This document shows positions 44,334 to 55,200 of a stretch of 64,000 nt of DNA, in pieces. Source of the stretch: Myxococcales bacterium (GTDB lineage: Bacteria; Myxococcota_A; UBA9160; SMWR01); the NCBI GenBank assembly GCA_029863845.1, contig JAOTUO010000001.1, forward strand, positions 3,664-67,663. The letters run 5' to 3'. Every line of letters begins with the position of its first letter. The stretch's first letter is position 1. Under the pieces are notes generated by a model. The model searched no databases and was not told the origin of the DNA. It worked only from the letters and a program-made list of their open reading frames with translations. A program made the position numbers and the translations under genes.

Positions 44334-47300
44334 AGGCCCTGGCGCAGTCCGCGCGTCAGATCCTCCAGGACCAGGTAGAGCGCCGGCACCACGAACAGCG
44401 TGAGCAGGCTCGCCACCGCGAGCCCGAACACGATGGCGGCCGCGAAGGGCCCGAACACCCGCGAGTATCCGGTGACACCGAGCGCCATCGGCAGCAGCCC
44501 CACCATCGTGGTGAGCGTGGTGAGGAGGATCGGCCGGAAGCGGCGCTGGCTGGCCGTCCGGACGGCTTCACCCGGCGACACGCCGCGCAGCCGCTGGCGA
44601 TTCACGAAGTCGATCAGCACCAGCGAGTCGTTCACGACGATGCCGGCCAGCCCCACCATCGCGTACAGCACGTACATCGAAAGCGCGTAGCCACCGACGA
44701 GCGAATTCATGGTCCACATCCCGACGCTGACGCCGATGAACGAGAAACCGATCACGCTCATCACGATGAACGGTTGAGTATAGGATCGGAACTGGGCGGC
44801 GAGGATTCCGAAGATGGCCACGACCGCGAGCAGAAAGGCCCGGCGCATGTCGGCGAAGGCGTCGTCGGTCGCCTGGAACTCGCCCCCGAAGACGAGATTC
44901 ACGCCGGAATAGCGCTTCGCGACGTCGCCGAACCGGGAACGCATCTCTTCGTTGACCGAGATCGAGGTCGCCTGCTCGTTGTCCACGTCGGCGTACACGA
45001 CCACGGCGCGCTGGGCCCCGAAGTGGTACAGCCGCTCGTAGCCGCGGTTCAGATCGACGTCGGCGACGTCGCCGAGCTCGACCCGGTAGCCCGCCGGCGT
45101 CCGGATCCGGACCTGCATCAGGTCGGCGATGCTGCGGCGCTGCTCCTCCCGCACCAGGACGCGGATATCCACGTCCTCGTCGGAATCGGGATCCTTGAAG
45201 GTCGACGGGACCACGCCGTCGTTGGCCGCCATCAACGCGAAGCCCACGTCCGCGAAGGTCAGCCCGTGGATGGAGGCGCGGTGCTCGTCCAGGGCGACCC
45301 GCAGCTCGCGCGGGCCGAAGGGCACGTTGTCCTCGATGTTGTAGACGCCGGGAACGGCGGAGAGTTCGGATTTCACCTCCTCGGCGATCTGCTTGGCCTG
45401 CGCGTAGTCGTCGGACTGGATGCGGATCGCGACCGGTTTTCCGATGGGCGGGCCGTTGCGGGGCGGTTGCACGCGAAAGCTCGCGATGCCCGCGGGATTC
45501 GCGGCGCGATAGGCGTCCAGCCGATCCCGCACGAGATCGAGCACCCGGTCCGGGTTCGCGATGTTGGCGTAGCTGTTCGGGAACGAGATCCAGAGCATCG
45601 CGTAGTTGACGCCGATGATCGGAATCTGATCGGCGTTCATTCCGATTCCGATGTTCGTGGCGATGTCGGTGAGCTCTTGACGAATCGGCTCGAGGGCGCG
45701 CTCGACGCCCTGCACGACCTCATCCGTCTGGTGGATCCCGTAATCCGTCGGCGTCTGGATCGTCACCATCAGCTGGTTGAAGTCGCTGGGGAAGAGATCG
45801 ACCGGTATGTGCCGGGAGAGGCCGAGCGCGAAGAAGAGCGCCGCGAAGCACGCGGACAGGAAGACGTAGCGGTGATCCAGGAGCGGCTGCTGGACCCTCA
45901 GGAAGACGCCGCGGAGGCGCTCGATTCCCGCCTCCGTGCGGGTCCGGAGCGTGTAGGCGATGCGGACGGCGGCCGGGCGATGGGTCGACGCCGCCAGAGA
46001 CTCGGCCGCCCTTCCGCGACTCCCGAAGTCGACGTAGTGGGCCGGCAGGATCAACAGCGCCTCGATCAGCGAGCCCAGCAGGCACACGATCACGGTCTTC
46101 GGAAGGATCGACATGAACTCGCCGCTGGTGCCGGAGACCGTGAGCATCGGAATGAACGCGGCGATCGTGGTCGCCACGGCGGCCGTCACCGGCCACATCA
46201 CCTCCTCGGTGCCCTGGACGACGGCCTCCCGCACCGGCACGCCGTTCTCCACGTAGCTGTACACGTTCTCGAGGATGATGATGGCGCCGTCCACCAGCAT
46301 GCCCGAAACCATGACGAAGCCGATCAACGACAGGGAGTTGATCGTGATGTCGAAGACGGGAAAGAGGATCATTGCCGTGAGGAACGAGAAGGGAACCCCC
46401 ACGATCGCGAGCATCGCGTTGCGAAAGCCGACCGTGAGCCAGAGGATCAGGATCACGAACGCGATGCCCACGAGCAGGTTCGACTTCATGATGTCCATCC
46501 GGACGCTCACGTAGTCGGCGCTGTTGTAGGTGATGGACGTCTCGACGCCGTCCGGGATCGCAGCGGCGTGCTCGTCCAGCAGGGATCGGACCTCGTCGAT
46601 CAGGTCGATCAGGTCGACGTCGGCTTCCTTGGAGATTCCCAGGCTGACCGCCGGGACGCCGTTTTGGCGACCGATGATGCGCCGCTTCGCGAACCCCGCG
46701 GCGACCTCGGCGACGTCGCCGAGCAGGATGTGGCTCCCGTCCGGGTTCTTCTTGACGACGGTCCGGGCCAGCCGCTCCGGAGACACGAACTGACCCAGGC
46801 CGCGAACGATGATCTCGCGGTTCGCCGGGTCGGTGAACGAGCCTCCGGCGAAGTTCTGGTTGTTGTTTCCGATGATCGCCGTGATCTCGGCGAGCGTCAG
46901 GTCGTACTGGACGGCTCGGTTCTGGTCGACGAGGACGCGGATCTCGCGGTCCCGGGCGCCCCTCAGCTCCGCCTTGCGCAGGCCCGGAATCCGCTCCAGG
47001 CGGTCGCGCAGGTCGCGCGCGACCTCGCGCAGCGTGAACTCCCCGACGCCTCCCACGTCCTTCACGGCGACGATGCCGATGTTGTAGACCTCGGAGACCG
47101 AGAGCTCGCGCACGACCGGCGACTCCGCGTCTTCGGGCAGGTCGTCGGCCCGGTCCAACGCGGCGCGCAGGTCGTTCATGGCGGCCTCGTACTCGAGGTC
47201 CGTCAGCGTCTCGTCCCACTCGATGTTGATCTCCGACAGGCCGTGGCTCGAGAAGCTGTACAGCTCCTTGATTCCGGAGATGCCGTCGATCTCGTCCTCG

Positions 47301-47500
47301 AGCTTCTTGGTGAGCAGTCGCTCCACCTCCTCGGGCGAAGCGCCGGTCCAGACCGTGACGACGTAGGCGGTGTTGAAGGAGATGTCGGGGAACAGATCGA
47401 CCGGAATCCGCCGCATGATCTGCAGGCCCGCGATCATCAGCAGCGCGAAGATCAGATTGACCAGGACGATCTGTCGGACCGAGAAGGCCGGCAGACTCAC
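44237..47500 (-). CDS. RND efflux transporter, inner-membrane permease (AcrB/HAE1-like)
   Basis: ORF 44237..47662 trimmed to GTG 47500 (GTGA overlap with the MFP stop). VSLPAFSVRQIVLVNLIFALLMIAGLQIMRRIPVDLFPDI is a typical RND N-terminus. 12-TM/two-porter-domain layout. The 3' end overlaps the convergent SLC13 gene by 97 nt. Confidence 0.9.
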   Translation of the reverse strand: MSLPAFSVRQIVLVNLIFALLMIAGLQIMRRIPVDLFPDISFNTAYVVTVWTGASPEEVERLLTKKLEDEIDGISGIKELYSFSSHGLSEINIEWDETLTDLEYEAAMNDLRAALDRADDLPEDAESPVVRELSVSEVYNIGIVAVKDVGGVGEFTLREVARDLRDRLERIPGLRKAELRGARDREIRVLVDQNRAVQYDLTLAEITAIIGNNNQNFAGGSFTDPANREIIVRGLGQFVSPERLARTVVKKNPDGSHILLGDVAEVAAGFAKRRIIGRQNGVPAVSLGISKEADVDLIDLIDEVRSLLDEHAAAIPDGVETSITYNSADYVSVRMDIMKSNLLVGIAFVILILWLTVGFRNAMLAIVGVPFSFLTAMILFPVFDITINSLSLIGFVMVSGMLVDGAIIILENVYSYVENGVPVREAVVQGTEEVMWPVTAAVATTIAAFIPMLTVSGTSGEFMSILPKTVIVCLLGSLIEALLILPAHYVDFGSRGRAAESLAASTHRPAAVRIAYTLRTRTEAGIERLRGVFLRVQQPLLDHRYVFLSACFAALFFALGLSRHIPVDLFPSDFNQLMVTIQTPTDYGIHQTDEVVQGVERALEPIRQELTDIATNIGIGMNADQIPIIGVNYAMLWISFPNSYANIANPDRVLDLVRDRLDAYRAANPAGIASFRVQPPRNGPPIGKPVAIRIQSDDYAQAKQIAEEVKSELSAVPGVYNIEDNVPFGPRELRVALDEHRASIHGLTFADVGFALMAANDGVVPSTFKDPDSDEDVDIRVLVREEQRRSIADLMQVRIRTPAGYRVELGDVADVDLNRGYERLYHFGAQRAVVVYADVDNEQATSISVNEEMRSRFGDVAKRYSGVNLVFGGEFQATDDAFADMRRAFLLAVVAIFGILAAQFRSYTQPFIVMSVIGFSFIGVSVGMWTMNSLVGGYALSMYVLYAMVGLAGIVVNDSLVLIDFVNRQRLRGVSPGEAVRTASQRRFRPILLTTLTTMVGLLPMALGVTGYSRVFGPFAAAIVFGLAVASLLTLFVVPALYLVLEDLTRGLRQGLQKGQKTGISAIPMTPQSRSSGRPTFTKSPNR

Positions 47501-48651
47501 GACGCTTCCACACCGCCGCGACGGACGCGCTCGCCGTCCCGCAGCTGACGCATCCCGGTGATCGCGATCTCCTCGCCCTCGGCGAGGCCCGAGAGCACCT
47601 CGAACTCCCCGGGCCGGAACGGCAGCGGCCGCACCGCCACGCGCCGGCGACGCGCCACCCAATGGCCGTCGCTGCCGTCCCGCTCGACCACCCAGACGAA
47701 GCGCAGGCCGAACTCGTCCAGCGTCGCGTCGCGCGGGATCACGGTCCGCAGCTCGGCCTCGCCGAGGTCGAGGATCACGGTCGCGACCATGCCGGGCAGC
47801 AGGCGAGCGTCCGGGTTGGGGAGCTCGATCTCGACCGGGAACTTCTTGCTCACGACGTCGGCGGCCGCGCCGACGCGGAGGATCTCGCCGTCGAAAGGCT
47901 CCCCCGCGTAGGCCTCGACGCGCACCGTGGCGGGATGGCCGGCGCGCACCGCCACGATCTCGCGATCCGAGAGTCCGATCTGCACGCGCGCCGTCGAGAG
48001 GTCGAGCAGCTCCCCGAGCCGCTGGCCTGCGCCCACGTACTCGCCGACCTCCACGGAGAAGGACCGCAGCACGCCGCTGAAGCGTGCGACGATCGTCTTC
48101 TTGGACAGGTCGTCCCGGGCCCGCTTCAGCTCGGCGCGGCTCTCGCGCAGCGCGGCGGCGGCAACCTTCTCCGCGTTCACCGCGTCGTCGAATTCGGAGG
48201 TGCTGGCCGCGCCGCGATCCGCCAGCGACCGGCGCCGCTCCAGGTTCGAGCGCGCGAGGGCGACCTCGCTGGTGTTGCGCGCAATCGCGGCTTCCGCGCG
48301 CTCGACGGCCACCTCGGCGAGCAGCGGGTCGATCTCGACGAGCAGCCCGCCGGCGTCGACGCGGTCGAGTTCTTCGGCGCCCACCGCGATCACGGGGCCG
48401 CGCGTCTCGGCGAAGATCTGCACGCTGCGCCGCGCCTCCAGCACACCGGAGACCTCCACTTGCGAGCGGATCGCGAGCCTGCTCACCCGCTGCGTGGCGA
48501 CGGAGCGCAACGCAGCGCCGTCGCCGGCTGCCGTCACCCGCTCGGGCTCGGGCGCCAGCCCGAACAGCAGCGCGCCTCCCGCGACGAGCGCGATCGCAGC
48601 CGCGATCAACGACGCGCGCAGCGGCGATCGCCGGGGCGCCGCGTCAGCCAT
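47497..48651 (-). CDS. Efflux RND periplasmic adaptor (MFP/HlyD family)
   Basis: TM/signal anchor, a coiled-coil hairpin (EVAVERAEAAIARNTSEVALARSNLERRRSL...), and barrel domains (IVARFSGVLRSFSVEVGEYV, LLPGMVATVIL). Confidence 0.9.
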   Translation of the reverse strand: MADAAPRRSPLRASLIAAAIALVAGGALLFGLAPEPERVTAAGDGAALRSVATQRVSRLAIRSQVEVSGVLEARRSVQIFAETRGPVIAVGAEELDRVDAGGLLVEIDPLLAEVAVERAEAAIARNTSEVALARSNLERRRSLADRGAASTSEFDDAVNAEKVAAAALRESRAELKRARDDLSKKTIVARFSGVLRSFSVEVGEYVGAGQRLGELLDLSTARVQIGLSDREIVAVRAGHPATVRVEAYAGEPFDGEILRVGAAADVVSKKFPVEIELPNPDARLLPGMVATVILDLGEAELRTVIPRDATLDEFGLRFVWVVERDGSDGHWVARRRRVAVRPLPFRPGEFEVLSGLAEGEEIAITGMRQLRDGERVRRGGVEAS

Positions 48652-49300
48652 GGCCGTACCCGCCCGCCGCCCCGGCGTGCGCCGCGTCGGGGCCGAGCCC
48701 CCGGAGGAGCGCGTCGAAGGCCGCGCGCAGGCCCTCCGGCGTGGCCCGCTCCCGATCGAAGGTCGCGCGGTAGAGGAATCCGCTCAGCAGCGCCATGATG
48801 CCTTCGGCGAAGGCGGCGGCGTCGGCGTCGGCCCGAAACCCGCCCGCCCGCTGGACATCGCGAATGGCGTCGCGGATCTCCTCACCGCGCTGGGCGTGGA
48901 AGCGACACAGGAAGCCGTAGAGGCGCTCCTGGAACTGGGGGTGGCCCGCGACGACCCCCCACGCCTGGTAGTGCACGCCCATGCGCGGCGCCAGCGCCGC
49001 CAGCACCCCCGTCAGGCCGTCGAGCAATCCCTCCAGCCGTCGCAGCGGGTCGCCTTCGACGGCCGTCGCGGTGTCGATGATCCGGAGCGACTCCTCGTAG
49101 GAGTCGATGATCGTCGCCAGGAACAGATCGTGCTTGCTGTCGAAGAAGCGATAGAGGGTGCCCTTGGACACCCGCGCGAGCGCGGCGACCTCGTCCATGC
49201 GGGCGCCTTCCACGCCGCTGCGTTCGCAGACCTCGAGCGCCGCCTCGAGGATCCGGGAGCGCTTGACCGCGTCGGAGCCGTCCTGGGGGGTGGACGCCAT
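48644..49300 (-). CDS. TetR/AcrR-family transcriptional regulator
   Basis: ORF 48644..49411 trimmed to ATG 49300. RILEAALEVCERSGVEGARMDEVAALARVSKGTLYRFFDSKHDLF is the TetR HTH. Its stop overlaps the MFP start by 8 nt. Confidence 0.85.
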   Translation of the reverse strand: MASTPQDGSDAVKRSRILEAALEVCERSGVEGARMDEVAALARVSKGTLYRFFDSKHDLFLATIIDSYEESLRIIDTATAVEGDPLRRLEGLLDGLTGVLAALAPRMGVHYQAWGVVAGHPQFQERLYGFLCRFHAQRGEEIRDAIRDVQRAGGFRADADAAAFAEGIMALLSGFLYRATFDRERATPEGLRAAFDALLRGLGPDAAHAGAAGGYGHG

Positions 49301-49388
49301 TTCCTGCCCGCCAACCTCGCCGACTGCGGCCGAGCCCGGCAGCCGCCATTCGGCCCGCCGGGTGCGATACCGGCCGTTCGAAGCAAAA

Positions 49389-49404
49389 TACTGACCAGTC
49401 AGTA
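49389..49404. promoter_or_regulatory. Candidate TetR operator palindrome
   Basis: TACTGAC-CA-GTCAGTA is a perfect 7-bp inverted repeat, about 90 nt upstream of the tetR-like ATG in a locally AT-richer stretch. Confidence 0.5.
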
Positions 49405-49975
49405 CTTCCAATCCTACGCGGGCGCGGCGGAATCCGCAACGGGCGCACTGGCGGGCCCCCGCTGATACCGATCCGGTTCGCGAGGCGGTCTGGGGCCAGG
49501 CGGTGGGCGTTTGGGGAAGCCGGAGCCGCTATTTCCCCCCTGGGGGGAAAATCTTCGACGTTCCGGGCTGAAGACACCGCCCGCCCAGCCGATACACCTG
49601 TGGGCCGGGGGGATATCGATACGTCTCGTTCCCGGGGTCCGTCGGAGCCCGGCAACGACGGAAGGTGCAGTCGCGCCGCAATTTTCCATCGAAAAAGCTG
49701 GATATTTCGGCGGGGACATTCCATCATTCTGGGCTGTCTGGCTCCCCCCCAGAGCTCCCAGCGGCTTATTGCCGTGGGATCGACGCCCGCACGCGCCCGG
49801 CGGAACCGTCGTCGGCTGGCGCCCCGATCGCTGGGGGCGCATCGAAGGGGTCCGAGCACGGCGAAAATCGCGTCGATTGCATTGCAACGAGCGCGATGAG
49901 TAAATGGGTGAAACCCGATTCGCCCGGGCGGTATCCGAACCTACATCGGGAGCGCAACGGGCGTGAATCGGTGGA

Positions 49976-51358
49976 TTGGGGTCTGAGTCAGTGAAGGCGA
50001 ACGAGACACCGACGACCGTGGCGGATGCCGGCGCCACGCGGCCTGCAACGGGGGCGGCCCGCGCCGTGCCCCCCGAAGAGCTCGATCCCGGCCGCGAGCG
50101 TCGGCCCCTCGAGTCCTATTTCCAGGAGATCGGCGGCACGCGGACCCTGCGGCGCGAGGAGGAGGTCCTCCTCGCGAAGGAGCTCGAGGCGGCCACCGCA
50201 CAGCTCCGCGATGCGCTGTACGCGGTTCCCTGCTCCTCGCGTCACGTGGTCGCGCGCTGGGACGCGCTGCGCGCGCTCTCCCACACGGGCGCCAAGCTCT
50301 CCGAGTCGGTGGGCGACGAGGAGACGGGCGAGATCGCGGCGCGCGTAGAGCGCGCCGTCAAACGGATGCGTTCGATCCTCGCGCAGCGCGAGCGCGCGTC
50401 CAACGCGAAGGAGCTCGCCCGCAGCGACGCCAAGATCGCGCGCGAGCTCAAGGGAGCACAGCTCTCGCTCGTCATTCTGGCCGAGCTCCGCCAGAAGGTG
50501 CTCATGCTGGCGTACGAGCTGAAGAAGGCCCGACGCGGAACGAAGAGGTTCAAGACGCTCGAGGCGGAGGCCGGCGTCCCGCGCGCACGGTTGCTGGAGC
50601 TCACGGCGGCCGTCGAAGACGCGCACGACCGGATGACGGAGGAGAAGAACCGCTTCATCGAGCACAACCTGAAGCTCGTCGTCGCCATCGCGAAGGACTA
50701 CCGGAACCTCGGGCTTTCCTTCCCGGATCTGATCCAGGAGGGGAACCTGGGGCTCATCCGGGCGGTCGAGAAGTTCGACCATCGCCGCGGCTTCAAGTTC
50801 TCGACGTACGCGGTGTGGTGGATCCGCCAGGCGCTGGTCCGGGCGATCCAGAACCACTCCCGAACCATTCGCCTGCCTTCCCACGTGCACGACCGGCTGC
50901 AGCGCAGCCAGCGCGTGCGCGCCGAGCTGACGGGCAAGCTCGGACGCGAGCCGACCCCCGCGGAGCTGGCCCCCGAACTCGGGACGGAGGCCGGCGCCCT
51001 GGAAGCCCTCGATCTGCTGTCGCGGGAGGCGATCTCCCTCGAGTCTTCCGTGGCGGGCACCGAGAAACGCCTGGAGGATTTCGTCGCCGACCCGACCTCG
51101 TCCGCGCCGGACAACGGACTCGACGGCGAGCGCATGCGCTCGGGCGTCGGGCATCTGATCGGTGTGCTCACGTCCCGCGAGCAGCTCATCCTGCGACTGC
51201 GCTACGGCCTCGGCGGCGAGGAGGAGCACACGCTCGAGCAGATCGGCCAGTCCCTCGGACTGTCGCGCGAGCGCGTGCGCCAGCTCGAGGCGCGTGCGCT
51301 CAAGAAGCTGCGCGAGACGCTTCCCGCCCAGAGCCTGCACCCGATCCTCGAGCCCTAG
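49976..51358 (+). CDS. RpoD-family (sigma-70) RNA polymerase sigma factor with a long insertion between regions 1.2 and 2
   Basis: Region 1.2 is [27 protein letters not shown]. Region 2 is [60 protein letters not shown]. Region 4 is [28 protein letters not shown]. The start is TTG 49976 or GTG 49991. Confidence 0.9.
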   Translation: MGSESVKANETPTTVADAGATRPATGAARAVPPEELDPGRERRPLESYFQEIGGTRTLRREEEVLLAKELEAATAQLRDALYAVPCSSRHVVARWDALRALSHTGAKLSESVGDEETGEIAARVERAVKRMRSILAQRERASNAKELARSDAKIARELKGAQLSLVILAELRQKVLMLAYELKKARRGTKRFKTLEAEAGVPRARLLELTAAVEDAHDRMTEEKNRFIEHNLKLVVAIAKDYRNLGLSFPDLIQEGNLGLIRAVEKFDHRRGFKFSTYAVWWIRQALVRAIQNHSRTIRLPSHVHDRLQRSQRVRAELTGKLGREPTPAELAPELGTEAGALEALDLLSREAISLESSVAGTEKRLEDFVADPTSSAPDNGLDGERMRSGVGHLIGVLTSREQLILRLRYGLGGEEEHTLEQIGQSLGLSRERVRQLEARALKKLRETLPAQSLHPILEP

Positions 51359-51419
51359 CCTTAGCCGGGCCTCGCGCTCGCTGATCGCTCGCGCTCGGGC
51401 TCCGGCGCTTCGCTCGGCT

Positions 51420-52202
51420 TCACCTCGCGGCTAGCCACACGAGGAAGAGCGCGCCCGCGGCCCACGTGTAGTAGGCGAAGCGGTAGAAGTGCCGGCTTCT
51501 CAGCAGGCGCACGAACAGCCAGATGGCCGCCACGCCCGAGACCAGTGCCACGGCGCCGCCGATCGCGATCGCCGTGGCGTGATCCGGGGACGCCGCGGAA
51601 AGGTCCGGCAGCTTCACGAGCGCCGCTCCGGCGATCGCGATCACGCTCATCAGGAACGAGAACTCGGCGGCCGCCGCCGGTGCCACGCCGAGGGCGAGGG
51701 CGACGGCCACGGTCGAGCCGCTGCGCGAGATCCCGGGCAGGATCGCGAAGGCCTGTGCACAGCCGATCAGCAGCGCCGCCGTCCAGCTCGGCTCGGGGAG
51801 CTGCGCCGCTTCGAGGGTCCAGCGGGTCGTCCAGAGAACGACCCCGGTCAGGATCAGGCAGACGCCGACTCCGGGAGGAAACTCGAACTGCGCCTCGAGC
51901 CAGTCGCCCGCCAGCAGATACGCAACGACGGCGGGGACGGTTGCCAGCGCCAGCTTACCCACGTAGCGCAGCGATTCCGCCCGCAGCCGCAGTGAGCCCC
52001 AGACCAGCGCGGCGACGCGGCGGCGGTAGACGGCGAGCACGGAGACCAGCGTGGCGAGGTGGACCGCCACCTCGAAGCGCAGCCCCTCTTGACGAACCCC
52101 GAGAAGCTCCTGGGACAGGACGAGGTGCCCGGAGCTCGACACCGGAAGGAACTCGGTCAGCCCCTGGATCAGACCGAGGAGGAAAGCGTCGACTTCGTTC
52201 AA
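51420..52202 (-). CDS. uppP: Undecaprenyl-diphosphate phosphatase UppP (BacA)
   Basis: LLGLIQGLTEFLPVSSSGHLVL and PGISRSGSTV motifs. TTG start at 52202 overlaps the upstream RND stop as TTGA. Confidence 0.9.
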   Translation of the reverse strand: MNEVDAFLLGLIQGLTEFLPVSSSGHLVLSQELLGVRQEGLRFEVAVHLATLVSVLAVYRRRVAALVWGSLRLRAESLRYVGKLALATVPAVVAYLLAGDWLEAQFEFPPGVGVCLILTGVVLWTTRWTLEAAQLPEPSWTAALLIGCAQAFAILPGISRSGSTVAVALALGVAPAAAAEFSFLMSVIAIAGAALVKLPDLSAASPDHATAIAIGGAVALVSGVAAIWLFVRLLRSRHFYRFAYYTWAAGALFLVWLAAR

Positions 52203-55200
52203 GAGCCCCCCGCCGCTGCGGGGGAGGGAGCCTCGGTCGGCGCCACACGGAACCGGCGCAGGATCCCGGCGCGCAGCCGGTCGATGACGACGTAGGTGGC
52301 GGGGACGATGAAGAAGCTGAGCAGGGTCGAGAAGAACATCCCTCCCACGACCGCGATGCCCATGGGCGCGCGGGCGTCGCCGCCGGCACCGCGCCCGAGC
52401 GCGATGGGCAGGATGCCGGCCATCGTGGCCAGAGCGGTCATCAGGATCGGACGGAAGCGCGTCCGCGCCGCCTGCTCCACCGCCTCCGCCACGCCCAGAC
52501 CGCGCGCGCGAAGCTGATTGGCGAACTCGACGATCAGGATCGAGTTCTTCGTCACCAGTCCCACGAGCATCACGAGGCCGATCTTGCTGAAGAGGTTGAG
52601 CGTGCCGGGCAGCCCCACGAGACCCCAGTCGTTCAGGCGTGCGACCGCGAGCAGCGCGATCAGCGCCCCTGTGAAAGAGAACGCCACCGCGACCAGGATC
52701 GTGATCGGGTGCATGAAGCTCTCGAACTGGGCGGCGAGCACGAGGAAGACGACGAGGATGGCCAGGCCGTAGGCGAAGACCAGAGCACTGCCCGATTCCA
52801 GGAACTTCTCCGCCTCGCCGGTGAAGCGAATCGCGTAGCCCTGCTCGGGAAGCACCTCCGCGGCGATGGCGCGCGCCACCTCGATGGCCTCGCCCTGGGG
52901 CAGGCGATCCTCCAGATCCGCCGAGATTGCGACCGAGCGCCTCCGGTTGAAGTGCGGGATCTCCCGCGGCGCGATCGTCTCCCGCATGCGGACGACCGCC
53001 GAGAGCCCGATCAGCGCCTCGTTGTTGCCGCGCACGTAGAGCTCGAGCAGATCGCGCGGGTCGTTGCGCTCCTCGCGCCCGAGCTGGACCATGACGTCGT
53101 AGGTCTCGCCCCCGAGCTTGAAGGTCGAGAGGTCGAGGCCGCCCAGCAGGATCTGGAGTGCGCTGGCGATCTCACGCACCGAGATGCCCAGGTCACTGGC
53201 CCGGTTGCGGTCGATCTCGACCTCCATCTGCGGCTTGTTCAGGTACAGATCCGAGTTGACGTGCCGGATGCCGTCCACCTCCCCGAGCCGGCGCTCGATC
53301 TCGTCCGCGTAGCTCGCCAGCGCCTGTAGATCGCTGCCCTCGATGACGAAGGAGACCGGCGAGGCGAGAAAGCCGGAGAAGGCGGAGGGGGTGCTCGCGT
53401 GCGCCTTGATGCCCGCGATCCGTTCGAGGCGCGGGGAAACGGCGTCCGCGATCTCGTCCCCGCTTCGATCGCGCTCGTCGGGGTCGTCGAGCCCTCCGAT
53501 CACGAGCCCCTGGTTGACGAGGCCGGGCGTTCCCAGGCCCAGCGCGATCACCGAGAACGTGCGGCGAACCTCCGGTTCGGCCATCACCACCTGCTCGGCC
53601 TGGAACTGGTAGCGATCCATGTACTCGATCGTGCTGCCCTCGGGCGCCTGGGTCCAGACGAAGAAGACGCTGCGGTCGGACTTCGGGATCAGCTCCTCGT
53701 CGATGAACGGCAGCAGGGCCACGCCCAGCACCAGCCAGGCGGCGCCCAGGCCGACGAACAGGCCCGGACGCCGCAGCACCCGGGCCAGCGACGCGGCGTA
53801 GGCAGCGGCCAGCCACTCGAAGAAGCGCCCGAAGGCGGCCTTGAGGCCGGTGTCGGTGCGTCCCGTACGCAGGATCAGGGCGCAGAGCGCCGGCGACAGC
53901 GTGATCGCGACGAAGCCCGAGATGAGCAGCGCCGCCGCCACCGTCACGGCGAACTCGCGGAAGAGCCGCCCCGTGGTGTCCGTGAGGAAGGTGAGGGGCA
54001 GGAACACCGCGACCGCCGACAGCGTCGCGGCGACCACCGCGAACGAGATCTCCTGCATGCCGCGCCGCGCCGCCTCCAGGCGCGGCGTTCCGGACTCCAC
54101 CCAGCGCGAGATGTTCTCGAGCACGACGATCGCGTCGTCGACCACGAGCCCGATGGCGAGGGTCACGCCCATGAGGGTGAGGGTGTTGATCGTGAATCCG
54201 AGGAAGTACAGGGCCGCGAAGGCCCCGAGGATCGAGACGGGGATCGTCACCGCCGGGATCAGGGTCGCGCGGAACGAGCGCAGGAAGACGTAGATGACGA
54301 GGATCACCAGCACCGCGGCTTCGAAGATCGTGCGGGTCACGTCGGCGATCGACTGCCGGATGTAACGCGACGAGTCCCACGCCACCACGAGCTGGACGCC
54401 CGGCGGCAGCTCGGGTCGGAGTGCATCCACCTCGGCCTGGACGCCGTCCGCGACGTCGATGGTGTTGGCCGTCGACTGCTTCACCACGCCCAGACCGACG
54501 CCCGGCTCGCCGTTGAAGCGCAGGAGCTTGCGTGCGCTCTCGGGCCCCACCTCGACGCGTGCGACGTCGCGGATCCGCACCGGCTTCCCGTCCACGTTCT
54601 GGATGATGAGGTCCCCGAACTCCTCGGGCGCCTGCAGCTCGCCGAGGCTGCGGACGGTGAACTCCGTGCTGGACGACTCGAGGCGCCCGGAGGGAATGTC
54701 GACGTTCTCGCGCCCGAGCGCGTCGGCCACGTCCGCGATCGTGAGCGACTGCGCCGCGAGGCGACGGTTGTCGATCCAGACCCGCATGGAGTATCGGCGC
54801 TCGCCCGCGATGATGACGCTGGCGACGCCGGGGAGCTTGGTGAGCCGGTCGACGATCTGCGTCTCGGCGATCGACGTGAGCTGGATCTGGTCGAATCCCT
54901 CGCCGTAGAGCGCCATCCAGATCACGGCGCTCGCGTCGGAGTCCTGCTTGGCCACGACGGGAGCCTCGACCTCTTCGGGCAGGTGGTTGCGGGCCCGCGA
55001 GACGCGGTCGCGAACGTCGTTGGCGGCGGCCTCGAGATCGCGGCCCAGCTCGAACTCGACGGAGATCATCGAGACCTGCTCGCGGCTGATCGAGGTCAAC
55101 TGCTTGACCCCCTCGATCCCGTTCACCTGGTCCTCGAGGGGGTCGGTGACGGAGGTCTCGACGACTTCGGGCGCCGCACCGGGAAACACGGTCGTGATCG

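Noticed and set aside
49511-49903. ORFs in the tetR-sigma spacer: 49511..49903 (+) 130 aa, 49600..49899 (+), 49665..49994 (+), 49414..50037 (-).
   Set aside because: About a third of the codons I read in 49511..49903 end in A/T, unlike genuine genes here. The ORFs have no recognisable motifs and mutually overlap in several frames. The region is treated as non-coding leader or promoter.
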